A stretch of 64,000 nucleotides of DNA from Candidatus Levyibacteriota bacterium (GTDB lineage Bacteria > Patescibacteriota > Microgenomatia > Levybacterales > UBA12049): positions 69,939 to 133,938 of the forward strand of contig JBPOIT010000002.1 of assembly GCA_052034235.1 (NCBI GenBank), written 5' to 3'. Of this stretch, positions 28,723 through 38,343 are shown piece after piece. Numbering within the stretch: position 1 is the first letter of the stretch; each line of letters begins with the position of its first letter. A program made the position numbers and the translations under genes. The notes beneath the pieces are model-generated. The model had not been told where the DNA came from, did no database searches, and saw only the letters and a program-made list of their open reading frames with translations.

Positions 28723-30486
28723 ATGCATTTTTCAGAACTAACTACATTTTTTGAAAGACTTGAAGAGACATCGTCTCGGCTTGCTTTGATTGAGATACTT
28801 TCTGAGCTTTTTAAAAAGACTGATAACACAACAGTTGATAAAGTGATGTACCTCGCTCAGGGGAGAGTGGCACCGTTTTATGAGCCTGTAGAAATTGGGA
28901 TGGCTGATAAGATGGTTGCACAGAGTATTGGTGAGGCTTTCGGTCTTACCAAAGACGAAGTGCTTGAAGAGTATGCGCGAAAAGGAGATCTTGGCATCGT
29001 TGCATTTGAGCTTTCAGAAAAGAAACGGCAAAAAGGGAAGAAAGAAGAACTGTCTGTCGTAACGGTTTTTGATGAACTCAAAAAGATTGCAGATACAGGT
29101 GGAGTTGGCAGTGTTGAGAAAAAAATTACAGCACTTAAGGAACTGCTTGAACATATGAGCGCTGTTTCTGCAAAGCATCTTGTACGAATTCCCTTAGGTA
29201 AAACCAGACTCGGTATTGGTGATCCAACGATTCTTGATGGCATTGCGATCGCGGTATTGGGAGATAAGAGCAAGAGAAAACTTCTTGAAAAAGCATACAA
29301 CGAAACTTCAGATTTAGGTTTGATCGGAAAAACATTGGTCGAATCTGGCCTCGAAGCAGTGCAAAAATTAGGAGTTACCGTAGGTCGTCCAATCAGGTCT
29401 GAACTTTGTGAGCGGTTGCCAAACCCAGTTAAAGTCTTTGAGAAGATGGATACTGATGATTTGGGCGTTCATGTGACATACAAGTATGATGGCTTTCGTG
29501 TGCAGATCCATAAGAATGGTGACAAGGTTGAGATGTTCTCCCGAAACCTTGAAGACATGACGCATATGTTCCCCGAACTAATCGAAGGAACCCTCAAGCA
29601 GATTAAAGCAAAAACTGTCATTCTGGATAGCGAAGCGATGGCATACTTGCCTGAGTCACAAGAGTTTTTGCCATTCCAAGAAACTACCAAGCGTCGTCGC
29701 AAACACAACATTGAGGAAATGGCAGAGTCGTTGCCACTGAAAGCATTTGTCTTTGATATTCTCTATGTTGATGGGAAATCACTCCTCGAAACGCCACTGA
29801 ACGAACGTATTGAGATTATGAAGAAAACAATTGCAGGTGATGAGATATTAGTCCCAGAACCTGGAACAATTATGAAGAAGGCTGAGGATTTACAACTCAT
29901 GCTTGATGAAGCATTTACACAGGGACTTGAAGGTGTGGTCATTAAACGACCCGATTCAGGATATGAAGCTGGAGGACGCAATTTTAATTGGGTGAAGTTA
30001 AAGAAACACTCTGCTGGCGATTTGAATGACACAATTGATTGTGTGATTCTCGGTTACATCTTTGGCAAAGGAAAGAGAACTGCTTTCGGTGCCGGTGCAC
30101 TTTTAGTGGGACTTTACGATAAGAAGGCTGATCAATTTGTCAGCGTAAGCCGCATCGGGACGGGTCTTACTGATGAAGAGTGGATAAGTATTAAAGACAA
30201 GACAAAAGGTCTTGAGATAGATCACAAGCCCGCGAGAGTCCATTCGTATATCACACCAAGCGTCTGGGTAAAGCCGGAAATTGTGATTGAGGTGTTGGCT
30301 GATGAAATTACTCGCAGTCCGCTTCATACTGCTGGAGCAATAGAAAAAGACGGAGTCAAAGAGCCAGGTTATGCTCTGCGTTTCCCGCGTTTGGTCTCTT
30401 TTAGAGATCGTGACAAAAAAGCAGAGGACGCAACAACAGTTGAAGAACTTATTGAAATGTTTCATCAACAAGGGAAAAAAGAATAA
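28723..30486 (+). CDS. ATP-dependent DNA ligase (archaeal/eukaryotic-type)
   Basis: Adenylation motif I YKYDGFRVQIHK (KxDG); OB-fold domain; 587 aa. Confidence 0.85.
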   Translation: MHFSELTTFFERLEETSSRLALIEILSELFKKTDNTTVDKVMYLAQGRVAPFYEPVEIGMADKMVAQSIGEAFGLTKDEVLEEYARKGDLGIVAFELSEKKRQKGKKEELSVVTVFDELKKIADTGGVGSVEKKITALKELLEHMSAVSAKHLVRIPLGKTRLGIGDPTILDGIAIAVLGDKSKRKLLEKAYNETSDLGLIGKTLVESGLEAVQKLGVTVGRPIRSELCERLPNPVKVFEKMDTDDLGVHVTYKYDGFRVQIHKNGDKVEMFSRNLEDMTHMFPELIEGTLKQIKAKTVILDSEAMAYLPESQEFLPFQETTKRRRKHNIEEMAESLPLKAFVFDILYVDGKSLLETPLNERIEIMKKTIAGDEILVPEPGTIMKKAEDLQLMLDEAFTQGLEGVVIKRPDSGYEAGGRNFNWVKLKKHSAGDLNDTIDCVILGYIFGKGKRTAFGAGALLVGLYDKKADQFVSVSRIGTGLTDEEWISIKDKTKGLEIDHKPARVHSYITPSVWVKPEIVIEVLADEITRSPLHTAGAIEKDGVKEPGYALRFPRLVSFRDRDKKAEDATTVEELIEMFHQQGKKE

Positions 30487-30554
30487 TTGATATCAGTTCA
30501 CGGCAGTTTTCATGTTAGTACATGGTGGAGTGGTTTGAGCAATATGCTTAAAAG

Positions 30555-31196
30555 TTGTATAGTAAACTTATGGCGTTTGATAACCTAGAGGATTTTCTCA
30601 AAGCAAAAAATATTTCACTTCCAATCAATTCGAATGATCCCAATTCGAAAAAAGATGATCAAGATGCGGTAAAGCCATTCGGTAATACTCCTGTTGATCC
30701 GTTGACTGGTCACCCGATGTATGGAAGTGCTGCAAAGCATTCGGGACTTCGCGCCACAATAGGTGATCAGCATGGTGGGCACAGGGCAATTATCCTTAAA
30801 CGTTCGTTTGAAGATGGGAAAGTAAGAATTTATGAAGATGCCAGAGGGCTTGCTGAGCGGACTGAAATACTTGTTGTGGGGCAAGGGAAAGTCATGGTCT
30901 ATAAAGACACAGAGATCCCAGGAGGAATAGCTCGCTACAAACGAATCGAAGTGTACTCATTGAGTGAAGAATTATTCGGTTCGCTCAATCTCTATCCAAA
31001 GGATAAATTTAGCTCACATCCTGTTTATAGGATTTTTTATGATCAGTCAGAAATAGGCTCAGGTAATGGTGATATCGCCCTTTTTATTGCTCAGGCGCTT
31101 GTTGCCAGAAGTATCCAAGCGAGATCAGGAGCTGGCACTTCACTCGATGGAGAAGTTATCACCACAATAAAACAAATCCTTGATACAAAACGCTAA
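30555..31196 (+). CDS. Hypothetical protein
   Basis: ORF only; no family recognised. Confidence 0.4.
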   Translation: MYSKLMAFDNLEDFLKAKNISLPINSNDPNSKKDDQDAVKPFGNTPVDPLTGHPMYGSAAKHSGLRATIGDQHGGHRAIILKRSFEDGKVRIYEDARGLAERTEILVVGQGKVMVYKDTEIPGGIARYKRIEVYSLSEELFGSLNLYPKDKFSSHPVYRIFYDQSEIGSGNGDIALFIAQALVARSIQARSGAGTSLDGEVITTIKQILDTKR

Positions 31197-31239
31197 GCCT
31201 TTATAGAACATATTGCGGTCAGGATGTGAATTGAATGAG

Positions 31240-33402
31240 TTAACTGGTAACTTCTTCAAGCTCAGAGGCGGGTGTTAGGACTCTACGAATATACTCATTC
31301 CAAGAGAGGTTTTTTTCTCGCAAGAACGGAATAACAACCTCTTGTTGTGCTTGATTAAAATCCATAGTGCTAGAACGCTGATTGAGAAAACGAAGGCTTG
31401 CGGATCTTGTCTCATGATCTGTAACAGGATCAGCATAAAGAAGTATCTCAAGGAGTCGAGTATAGACATAGCTCCAGGGTATGCTTTTTCTCTCTTTAAA
31501 ATCTACGATAGCTGACATCATTTCACCTTCAACACCCTTCATTTCTTGTGCACGAACAAGCTCAAGATAATGAGAGGCGATCAGTAGTTTTATTCGTGGA
31601 TCGTTTGGTTCCCATTTAGTTGCTTCTCTCAATGTCCGCATTCGAGGGAGAAGTGAATGTGAGATTGCATCAAGTCCATGATGCATACCATAAACGAGAT
31701 TATCTTTGAGCCAAGCCCATTTTTCTTCTGTTATTTTTTGTGACTTAGCGTCTTTTGTAACAAAGATTTTCTTTGCTGTTGCCTCAATATCAATAAGCAT
31801 CGTTTTGTCATCTTCTAAGGCGTCAGCTCTAAAAACCGTGACAGGTGTTGCATCTGGAGATGCTGTTTCTCCTTGTGCTTCGAGTTCACTAATTCTTGCT
31901 CGTAGTATCACATTTTCTGCTTCGAGATCACGAATTCTTTGATCTCTTTCTTGGATTTGTGCCTGTAGATTAGCGGCTTCATCAGGCAGAGATGGCCTTT
32001 CTATAGGGGCAGCTCTTCTGTCAGAAGTGCTCATTGTTCTTTCCACATGTGATGAGTCAGAACTGAGAAGTGTGGCTTCAGCAATCGCTTGGTCGAGTCT
32101 TCTGAGATAAGTCGTTATTTGATTCGTTGGGCGTGTGCGCAAGTTATCAAGAATTGTTGAAATTTTCTTTCGACTTGCTGAATTATCAGGTAATACTGCA
32201 ATAATTTGTTGCGCTTTGGTAAATGCTTCATCAAGTTGTTTGATTTTGTCCTTCGCTCTTACACCTCTTTTTATAAACAAGGCTTCTATAGGGGTCAGTG
32301 CACGATCATCTACAGATTCTTTGTAGGTTTGGATAAATGCTTCTAACTCTCTTTCATCGTCAATAGCTTTTTTTGCGTCGCTTGGATGTTTAGCTTCCAA
32401 TACTTTAAGTAGGTCAGTTGCTTGGTAGTCAGGGTGAGTAATTACGTGATAGATTGCATCAAAATCATAAGTAACGGGGCGACCTGCTATAGAAACAATT
32501 TTTCCCCGTAGTAGTGAATCTAAATGGATCCCTGGTTTTCCAAGTGCAAATTTCGCCTTTGCAGTGGGGATCTTAAAAAGCCCTGCAATTTGCTGCGCTG
32601 CTATATCGGGACCACCTATATATTCATTTCCAGTGGTAACGAGTTCTAGTGCTTCTTTCTGCAACTTATCACGGCTAAGCTGTGTTGTGCTTTTTGTTTT
32701 ATCCCATAGATCGTCAAAGATATCGTCAATTGAAAAAAGAGCTGCAAGAATGATATCTTTTTGAGGATGTTCATCAAAAATAGTATTTGTGTAATCCTGA
32801 ATACTGGTACTTCCTCCAAATGATCGAGCATCTTTACTTGTAAGCAAGGTTACTGCAGCAAATGCAGGTATTTCCGCTGCTATCTCGTGTCCGACAGTAT
32901 CTTCCCAACCCATAAAAATATGACCCAGTGTTCGTTTTGCTTCAATTTCTGAATGCTGTCTGGTCGGTGCCATAACATCTTTTAAATACTCCGTCATACT
33001 CAGTTCTTTTGGGCGTGTAGGATTTTCCTTACCATAAAATCTTGTAAGCGCGGTCTCTGTAACATCAAAGGTCTTGAAGGTAAATTCAGGGAAAGTTTCC
33101 TTAATTGCATTCCAATTTTTATAAACAGCAATTGTACGATGATGACCATCTCGAATTAATTCCTTTACCATTCCATCTGCAGTACGCACACGAACAGTAT
33201 GAACAGGTTGAAACGCATCTGGATCAAAAAGTAATGCTTTTTCAGGTTCATCGAAACTGCCAAACCAGTTTTCATAGTTTTGTTTGCTTATGATTCTCGT
33301 TGGTCCATTATTTGCCACAAGTTGCTCTAGGGAAGGATAATCAAATGATTTAAATCGCTCACCTATGCTCAATGGCCCGGCAGCTATTTCTTTTGTAGTC
33401 AT
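31240..33402 (-). CDS. 720-aa protein with N-terminal ParB/Srx-like (ParB nuclease/NTPase fold) domain and a large uncharacterised coiled-coil C-terminal region
   Basis: GPTRIISKQNYENWFGSFDEP...VHTVRVRTADGMVKELIRDGHHRTIAV (DGHHR motif); Q/E/R-rich coiled coil around residues 470-530. Confidence 0.55.
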   Translation of the reverse strand: MTTKEIAAGPLSIGERFKSFDYPSLEQLVANNGPTRIISKQNYENWFGSFDEPEKALLFDPDAFQPVHTVRVRTADGMVKELIRDGHHRTIAVYKNWNAIKETFPEFTFKTFDVTETALTRFYGKENPTRPKELSMTEYLKDVMAPTRQHSEIEAKRTLGHIFMGWEDTVGHEIAAEIPAFAAVTLLTSKDARSFGGSTSIQDYTNTIFDEHPQKDIILAALFSIDDIFDDLWDKTKSTTQLSRDKLQKEALELVTTGNEYIGGPDIAAQQIAGLFKIPTAKAKFALGKPGIHLDSLLRGKIVSIAGRPVTYDFDAIYHVITHPDYQATDLLKVLEAKHPSDAKKAIDDERELEAFIQTYKESVDDRALTPIEALFIKRGVRAKDKIKQLDEAFTKAQQIIAVLPDNSASRKKISTILDNLRTRPTNQITTYLRRLDQAIAEATLLSSDSSHVERTMSTSDRRAAPIERPSLPDEAANLQAQIQERDQRIRDLEAENVILRARISELEAQGETASPDATPVTVFRADALEDDKTMLIDIEATAKKIFVTKDAKSQKITEEKWAWLKDNLVYGMHHGLDAISHSLLPRMRTLREATKWEPNDPRIKLLIASHYLELVRAQEMKGVEGEMMSAIVDFKERKSIPWSYVYTRLLEILLYADPVTDHETRSASLRFLNQRSSTMDFNQAQQEVVIPFLREKNLSWNEYIRRVLTPASELEEVTS

Positions 33403-33484
33403 AGTGAAGGGGATTATAGCAAAGTGTATCTCTTTTCCAATAGTACATAAATAAATCTGGATAAGTTACAATACTGGTGCATCT

Positions 33485-34822
33485 ATGCACTACGTTACTG
33501 ATTTGCATTTGCATTCCAAATATTCACGTGCTGTTTCTCCACAAATGACCTTGCCGGTCATGGCAGCTGTTGCTTCTCAAAAAGGCCTCGATATTCTTAC
33601 TGCTTCAGATTTTACGCATCCTGTGTGGTTTAAAGAAATAACAGAACAACTTATCGAGTCTGAGTTTGAAGGGATGTATACGCTCAAAGGGCAGGAAGGA
33701 GAGAAGAAAACGCTATTTCTGCTTTCTACTGAAATATCCTGTATATATAAGCAAGGTGAAAAATTGCGGAGGATTCACAATCTTGTTTTTGTGCCTAATC
33801 TTGATATTGCGGAAAAACTCAACAAAGAGCTTGTAGTACGCGGTTGTAACCTTAGTGCAGATGGGCGACCAATTATTGGGCTCTCATCAAAAAATTTGCT
33901 CGAACTCATCCTTTCGCTTGATACTCGGTGCATGTTGATTCCTTGTCATATCTGGACTCCACATTTTGGCATTTATGGCAGCGCTTCGGGGTTTGATTCT
34001 TTGGAAGAAGCATTTGGCGAACTTGCGCCTCAGATTTACGGTATTGAAACGGGGCTTTCAAGCGATCCTGATATGAATTGGCAGGTTGAAGAACTGCGTA
34101 CTCGAACCATTCTCTCGTTTTCAGATGCGCATAGCGCTCCAAAGATGGCACGTGAGGCAACGGTTATGGAACTTCAGGCACCCACGTATGACAATATCAG
34201 AAAAGCTATTATGAGGCTTGCAAAGCCAGAACTCGGAGACAGAAATAAAATTGCTTATACACTTGAGTTTTACCCTGAGGAAGGGAAATATCATTTTTCC
34301 GGGCATCGAAATTGCAAAATAGTACAAGGACCAGATGAAATTCGTGCCGGCGGCAATAGTTGTCCTGTCTGCAGGCGCAGATTGACTGAGGGTGTTTTAT
34401 TTCGCGTGCAGCAGCTTGCAGATCCTAAACTGCGCCGCCGCACGCAGGAAAAAACAAATGAGCAGGGAATAAAATGGTACACAGATACTGCCCAGAGTCA
34501 GCCGCCTTATGTAAAACTCGTGCCGCTTCTTGAAATTGCAGCAGAATCGCTCGGTTTAACCGTGAATAGTCTAAAAGCCAAAGATTTATATACCAAACTG
34601 TGCAAAGAATTCACATCAGAGCTTAATGTTTTGCTCCATGCAAAAATCTCAGATATTGCAAAAGTCGGTGGTGCAAGGCTTGCCCAGGGAATCACAAGAA
34701 TCCGAGAAGGCAATCTCACGATAGATCCTGGGTTCGATGGTGTGTTTGGTAAGGTTTCAATTTGGAGTAAAGAAGAGAAGATAACAAGTCCAAAAACGCC
34801 GCAATTGCAGTTTGATTTATAA
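33485..34822 (+). CDS. Endonuclease Q (EndoQ)-like PHP-domain nuclease with C-terminal zinc finger
   Basis: DLHLHSKYSRAVSPQMTLPVMAAVASQKGLDILTASDFTHPVWFKE and LSSDPDMNW...SFSDAHSAPKM parallel the archaeal EndoQ PHP motifs; CPVCRRRL zinc finger. Confidence 0.7.
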   Translation: MHYVTDLHLHSKYSRAVSPQMTLPVMAAVASQKGLDILTASDFTHPVWFKEITEQLIESEFEGMYTLKGQEGEKKTLFLLSTEISCIYKQGEKLRRIHNLVFVPNLDIAEKLNKELVVRGCNLSADGRPIIGLSSKNLLELILSLDTRCMLIPCHIWTPHFGIYGSASGFDSLEEAFGELAPQIYGIETGLSSDPDMNWQVEELRTRTILSFSDAHSAPKMAREATVMELQAPTYDNIRKAIMRLAKPELGDRNKIAYTLEFYPEEGKYHFSGHRNCKIVQGPDEIRAGGNSCPVCRRRLTEGVLFRVQQLADPKLRRRTQEKTNEQGIKWYTDTAQSQPPYVKLVPLLEIAAESLGLTVNSLKAKDLYTKLCKEFTSELNVLLHAKISDIAKVGGARLAQGITRIREGNLTIDPGFDGVFGKVSIWSKEEKITSPKTPQLQFDL

Positions 34823-34873
34823 ATAAATTAATACATTGCGAAACTATAAGCTTCATGGTAAAATGCTTTTTCT

Positions 34874-35509
34874 ATGTCAAGAGTAAAAGAAAGAGCAGAA
34901 AGAGGAGAAGAACCTACATCACAAGAAGAACCACAGGGGTTATTTACTGAGCGTTTAGGTGAGTTTGCTCAGGTTGCACTTCACGCAGTTCAGGGAGTTG
35001 AGAATTTATCTCATACAGCACCTCATTTTGTAGAAGTCAAAAAAGCTGACGGTACAGTTGACACATCGAAGATAACTATTGTATTCGGTAAAACCACTGT
35101 TCCTAGTGCGCCACGTTTGCAATTCTCTTTGGTAGAACCTAGTTCACACGTTCATACGGGGAGCGGTTGGCTTCGATCAAATGAAAAAGTTCTTGATATC
35201 ACGTATGAAGCTTCAGGGAGTGTTAACCTGTTGCTTACAGGGGATACGGAAACAGATGATATGGTACGTGAGCAATTAGCACAAAACGATAGTGGAACAC
35301 TACACAAGGAATTAGCAAAAAGACACAAGGAATTAGCAGGATCGGGAGTGAGTATAACAGCTGTTGCTAGAGGAGAAAATGATACTGTGACAACTATTAA
35401 TATGAGGATTGGATATCCTCCCATGCGTCAATCATCAGTTATTGGAAGGCGTCTTGAACCTTTTGTTCAGACTGTCGGCAAGCTGAAACCTCTTCCAGTT
35501 GCTAAGTAG
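34874..35509 (+). CDS. Hypothetical protein
   Basis: ORF only. Confidence 0.4.
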   Translation: MSRVKERAERGEEPTSQEEPQGLFTERLGEFAQVALHAVQGVENLSHTAPHFVEVKKADGTVDTSKITIVFGKTTVPSAPRLQFSLVEPSSHVHTGSGWLRSNEKVLDITYEASGSVNLLLTGDTETDDMVREQLAQNDSGTLHKELAKRHKELAGSGVSITAVARGENDTVTTINMRIGYPPMRQSSVIGRRLEPFVQTVGKLKPLPVAK

Positions 35510-35574
35510 ATTCAAAATCTTCTTTTATTTTCTTTCAATTTTCTAACACAACTATGCTATAGTAGATTCATTCT

Positions 35575-36168
35575 ATGAAGTTGATTGTTGGCCTTGGTAA
35601 TCCTGGCGAAAAATATGATGGAACTCGTCATAATTTAGGTTTTAGGGCAGTTGATCAATTTCTGAAAGATACCTCATCAGTTTCTGATAGTGTTTGGACA
35701 AAAAATGACAAGCTGAAAAGTGATATTGTCAAACTCGGAGACACCATCCTCGCTAAACCTCAAACATTCATGAATAATTCAGGCATAGCAGTTAGTTTGC
35801 TCGCATCGTTTTATAAAGTAGAACCTGAAGATATATGGATCGTCTATGATGAGCTTGATTTACCAGTTGGTGCAATGAAAATCCGTTTTGGAGGAGCAGC
35901 AGCAGGCCACCACGGCGTGGAATCAATTCTTGAAAAACTCGGTACTGATAAATTCTGGCGAATCAGATTAGGCATTGGCACCTCACACGATAAAGATCAC
36001 GCGATTGGCAGGCAAAAGCAGCATGATGTTGAAGGTTATGTGCTGAGTGGTTTTAAAAGTGGTGATCAGGGGAAAATAAAAGATATTACAAAGCGCTCAT
36101 CGCAAGCTTTACAACTCGCCCTTGATAAGGGAATTGAAGCCGCAATGAATAGGTATAATACAAAATAA
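35575..36168 (+). CDS. pth: Peptidyl-tRNA hydrolase
   Basis: MKLIVGLGNPGEKYDGTRHNLGF N-terminal signature. Confidence 0.9.
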   Translation: MKLIVGLGNPGEKYDGTRHNLGFRAVDQFLKDTSSVSDSVWTKNDKLKSDIVKLGDTILAKPQTFMNNSGIAVSLLASFYKVEPEDIWIVYDELDLPVGAMKIRFGGAAAGHHGVESILEKLGTDKFWRIRLGIGTSHDKDHAIGRQKQHDVEGYVLSGFKSGDQGKIKDITKRSSQALQLALDKGIEAAMNRYNTK

Positions 36169-36178
36169 TAAGTAACTT

Positions 36179-36478
36179 ATGCAGTCTGTAAAAAGCGTTT
36201 TAAAAACGTTTAATCCCACAACTGACAAATATGTTTCCCGGGAATTTCAAACCTTCGGGCTGCATTTGGCAGAGTCGCTTGATGATTATAAACATAAAAG
36301 CCTTTATATGAAGCTTGCAAAAACAGTTCATAGATCAATTCTTGAACGGGCACTCTCATTTGCCATCGATAGTAGGGCAACCAATAAAGGTGCACTTTTT
36401 ATGTGGAAACTAAAAGAGTTGAAAAAAGAAACAAAAAAAGTCGTTCTCGAGTCATCTGTTCCCGAGAAACTGCTCTAA
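36179..36478 (+). CDS. Hypothetical small protein
   Basis: ORF only, 99 aa. Confidence 0.35.
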   Translation: MQSVKSVLKTFNPTTDKYVSREFQTFGLHLAESLDDYKHKSLYMKLAKTVHRSILERALSFAIDSRATNKGALFMWKLKELKKETKKVVLESSVPEKLL

Positions 36479-36483
36479 TCCTC

Positions 36484-36768
36484 ATGAAACAAGCACGCGT
36501 TTTTATATCAGGTACAGTTCAGGGAGTAGGCTATCGCTATTTCGTCGAACAACACGCCCAAACACTACATCTCACAGGTTGGGTCAGAAATACTGAAGAT
36601 GGTGGAGTAACAGCTATATTTCAGGGGGAGGCTCCAAATATAGAGCAAATGATAAAGCTTTGCCAAAAAGGTCCTGGTATGTCAGATGTAAAGCAGGTGA
36701 GTTATGAATGGGAAGAAATAGGACAGACATTCACAGACTTTATTATACACACAGACGGAGTTGTCTGA
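36484..36768 (+). CDS. Acylphosphatase
   Basis: VFISGTVQGVGYRYFVEQHAQTLHLTGWVRNTEDGGV acylphosphatase signatures (V.G.VQGVGFR and GWV.N). Confidence 0.8.
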   Translation: MKQARVFISGTVQGVGYRYFVEQHAQTLHLTGWVRNTEDGGVTAIFQGEAPNIEQMIKLCQKGPGMSDVKQVSYEWEEIGQTFTDFIIHTDGVV

Positions 36769-36795
36769 TATTATAGGGTATGATATACTCCCCAA

Positions 36796-37407
36796 ATGGT
36801 CCCACAAGAAGCTACTCCTCAAAGACATAATGAAGCACTACTGGCAGGTTTACCTGATGGACTTGTTGTTCTTGATAGATATTGGGATGGATACGGTCAT
36901 TTGTTGGGAAATCTGCATTCGGGTGATATTACTATAGATAGTTTTAGAAGATACCCTTTAACATCATTAGTTGGTCTTGATGGATTACGGGCAAAGGCAG
37001 AAGAGCTTGGAGAAGAACGGAATATTGAAGTAGTAAATGGTTCTGTTGAAACCTCACGCATGCGCAACGGAGTACGATATGTAGCAAGTCATCTGTTTGT
37101 GGGATCACATATAGTTCAACTACAATACTGGAAATCTCCTACACGGGAAGAAGGGCCTGAATGGGAGAAAGTGCATTATCGTCCAAGAAGTGAAATGGTC
37201 AAATTCCAGGATATTCACGGAAAGAATCTGCGTAGTTTATTGCTCGAGGTTGGTGATGGTTGGTATCGGCTAGAATCAAATAATATGCGTGAGACTCCGA
37301 TATGGAGGAGAGCTGTCGAGCTGAATGGGAAATTTAGAGATGATCCAAGTGGTGAGATGGTAGAAGCGAATATACGTGTGAGGCGGCCAGCTTTACACTT
37401 GCAATAA
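36796..37407 (+). CDS. Hypothetical protein
   Basis: ORF only. Confidence 0.4.
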   Translation: MVPQEATPQRHNEALLAGLPDGLVVLDRYWDGYGHLLGNLHSGDITIDSFRRYPLTSLVGLDGLRAKAEELGEERNIEVVNGSVETSRMRNGVRYVASHLFVGSHIVQLQYWKSPTREEGPEWEKVHYRPRSEMVKFQDIHGKNLRSLLLEVGDGWYRLESNNMRETPIWRRAVELNGKFRDDPSGEMVEANIRVRRPALHLQ

Positions 37408-37414
37408 ATTACGG

Positions 37415-38233
37415 CTATTTCTTCAACTCTTCCTCAATAATTCTTTCAAATTCACTAAATGGCTGGGCTCCTACCATTCTGTAGCCGTTGACGAAAAAGG
37501 CAGGAGTTCCGTCAACTTGTACTTGTGATGCAGCAGCCATATCATCCTCAACAGCTTTTTTGTACGTGTCATTTGCTAAACAAGATTGGAATTTTGTGGT
37601 ATCGAGTCCCAATTCGCCAGCATAGGTAACAAAAGAGGTGATTGCATCAGCTTCTTCTTGTGGTGACCATGTGTCTTGTGTTGCAAAGAGTTTATCGTGA
37701 TATTCCCAGAATTTGCCTTGTTCATTGGCGCACTCTGTTGCTTCTGCGGATTTCTGCGCAAGTGGATGAATTGAAGTCAGGGGATAATGTCTGTATGCAA
37801 ACTTCACCTTGCCGGTTTTGATATATTTTTCATCAATCTGTCCATAGGTATCGTCATAAAAGCTTTTACAGAACGGGCATTGGAAATCGCTGAATTCAAC
37901 AATTGTCACAGGGGCATTGGCGTCACCTTTTAAAGGCAGTTTGCCAACTGCAACATCAACTACCGGAGGAGGAGCTTCAACAGTCGGGGTATCGTTTCCG
38001 GCTGCAACCGCGGTATTGGCCTGAGGGTTTTTGACCTGTTGCTCAAGATACATAACCTTGTTTGTGAGCATACCGAGGAAAAATGAAAAAATAACGAGTG
38101 CAAATACAAGATACCCATTGGTGCCTGACTCCTGAAGATTTACACGGGGTATTTTTAGTTCCCAATAACCTTTTGCTTTATCTGTTGGAGGTGCTATAGG
38201 AGAAGTGTCAGAGAGAACAGCCGTTTTCTTCAT
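37415..38233 (-). CDS. Membrane-anchored DsbA-like thiol:disulfide oxidoreductase
   Basis: N-terminal TM; thioredoxin-fold active site FSDFQCPFCKSF. Confidence 0.75.
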   Translation of the reverse strand: MKKTAVLSDTSPIAPPTDKAKGYWELKIPRVNLQESGTNGYLVFALVIFSFFLGMLTNKVMYLEQQVKNPQANTAVAAGNDTPTVEAPPPVVDVAVGKLPLKGDANAPVTIVEFSDFQCPFCKSFYDDTYGQIDEKYIKTGKVKFAYRHYPLTSIHPLAQKSAEATECANEQGKFWEYHDKLFATQDTWSPQEEADAITSFVTYAGELGLDTTKFQSCLANDTYKKAVEDDMAAASQVQVDGTPAFFVNGYRMVGAQPFSEFERIIEEELKK

Positions 38234-38343
38234 GTAGGATTATTCTATTGATATTCTGCCGATTTGTCAATCTAAATGTTCATATTGATTTAGGAAACGT
38301 TAGGGGAGACAATGGTATATAATTAGTGCATAGCTTTTAATAT

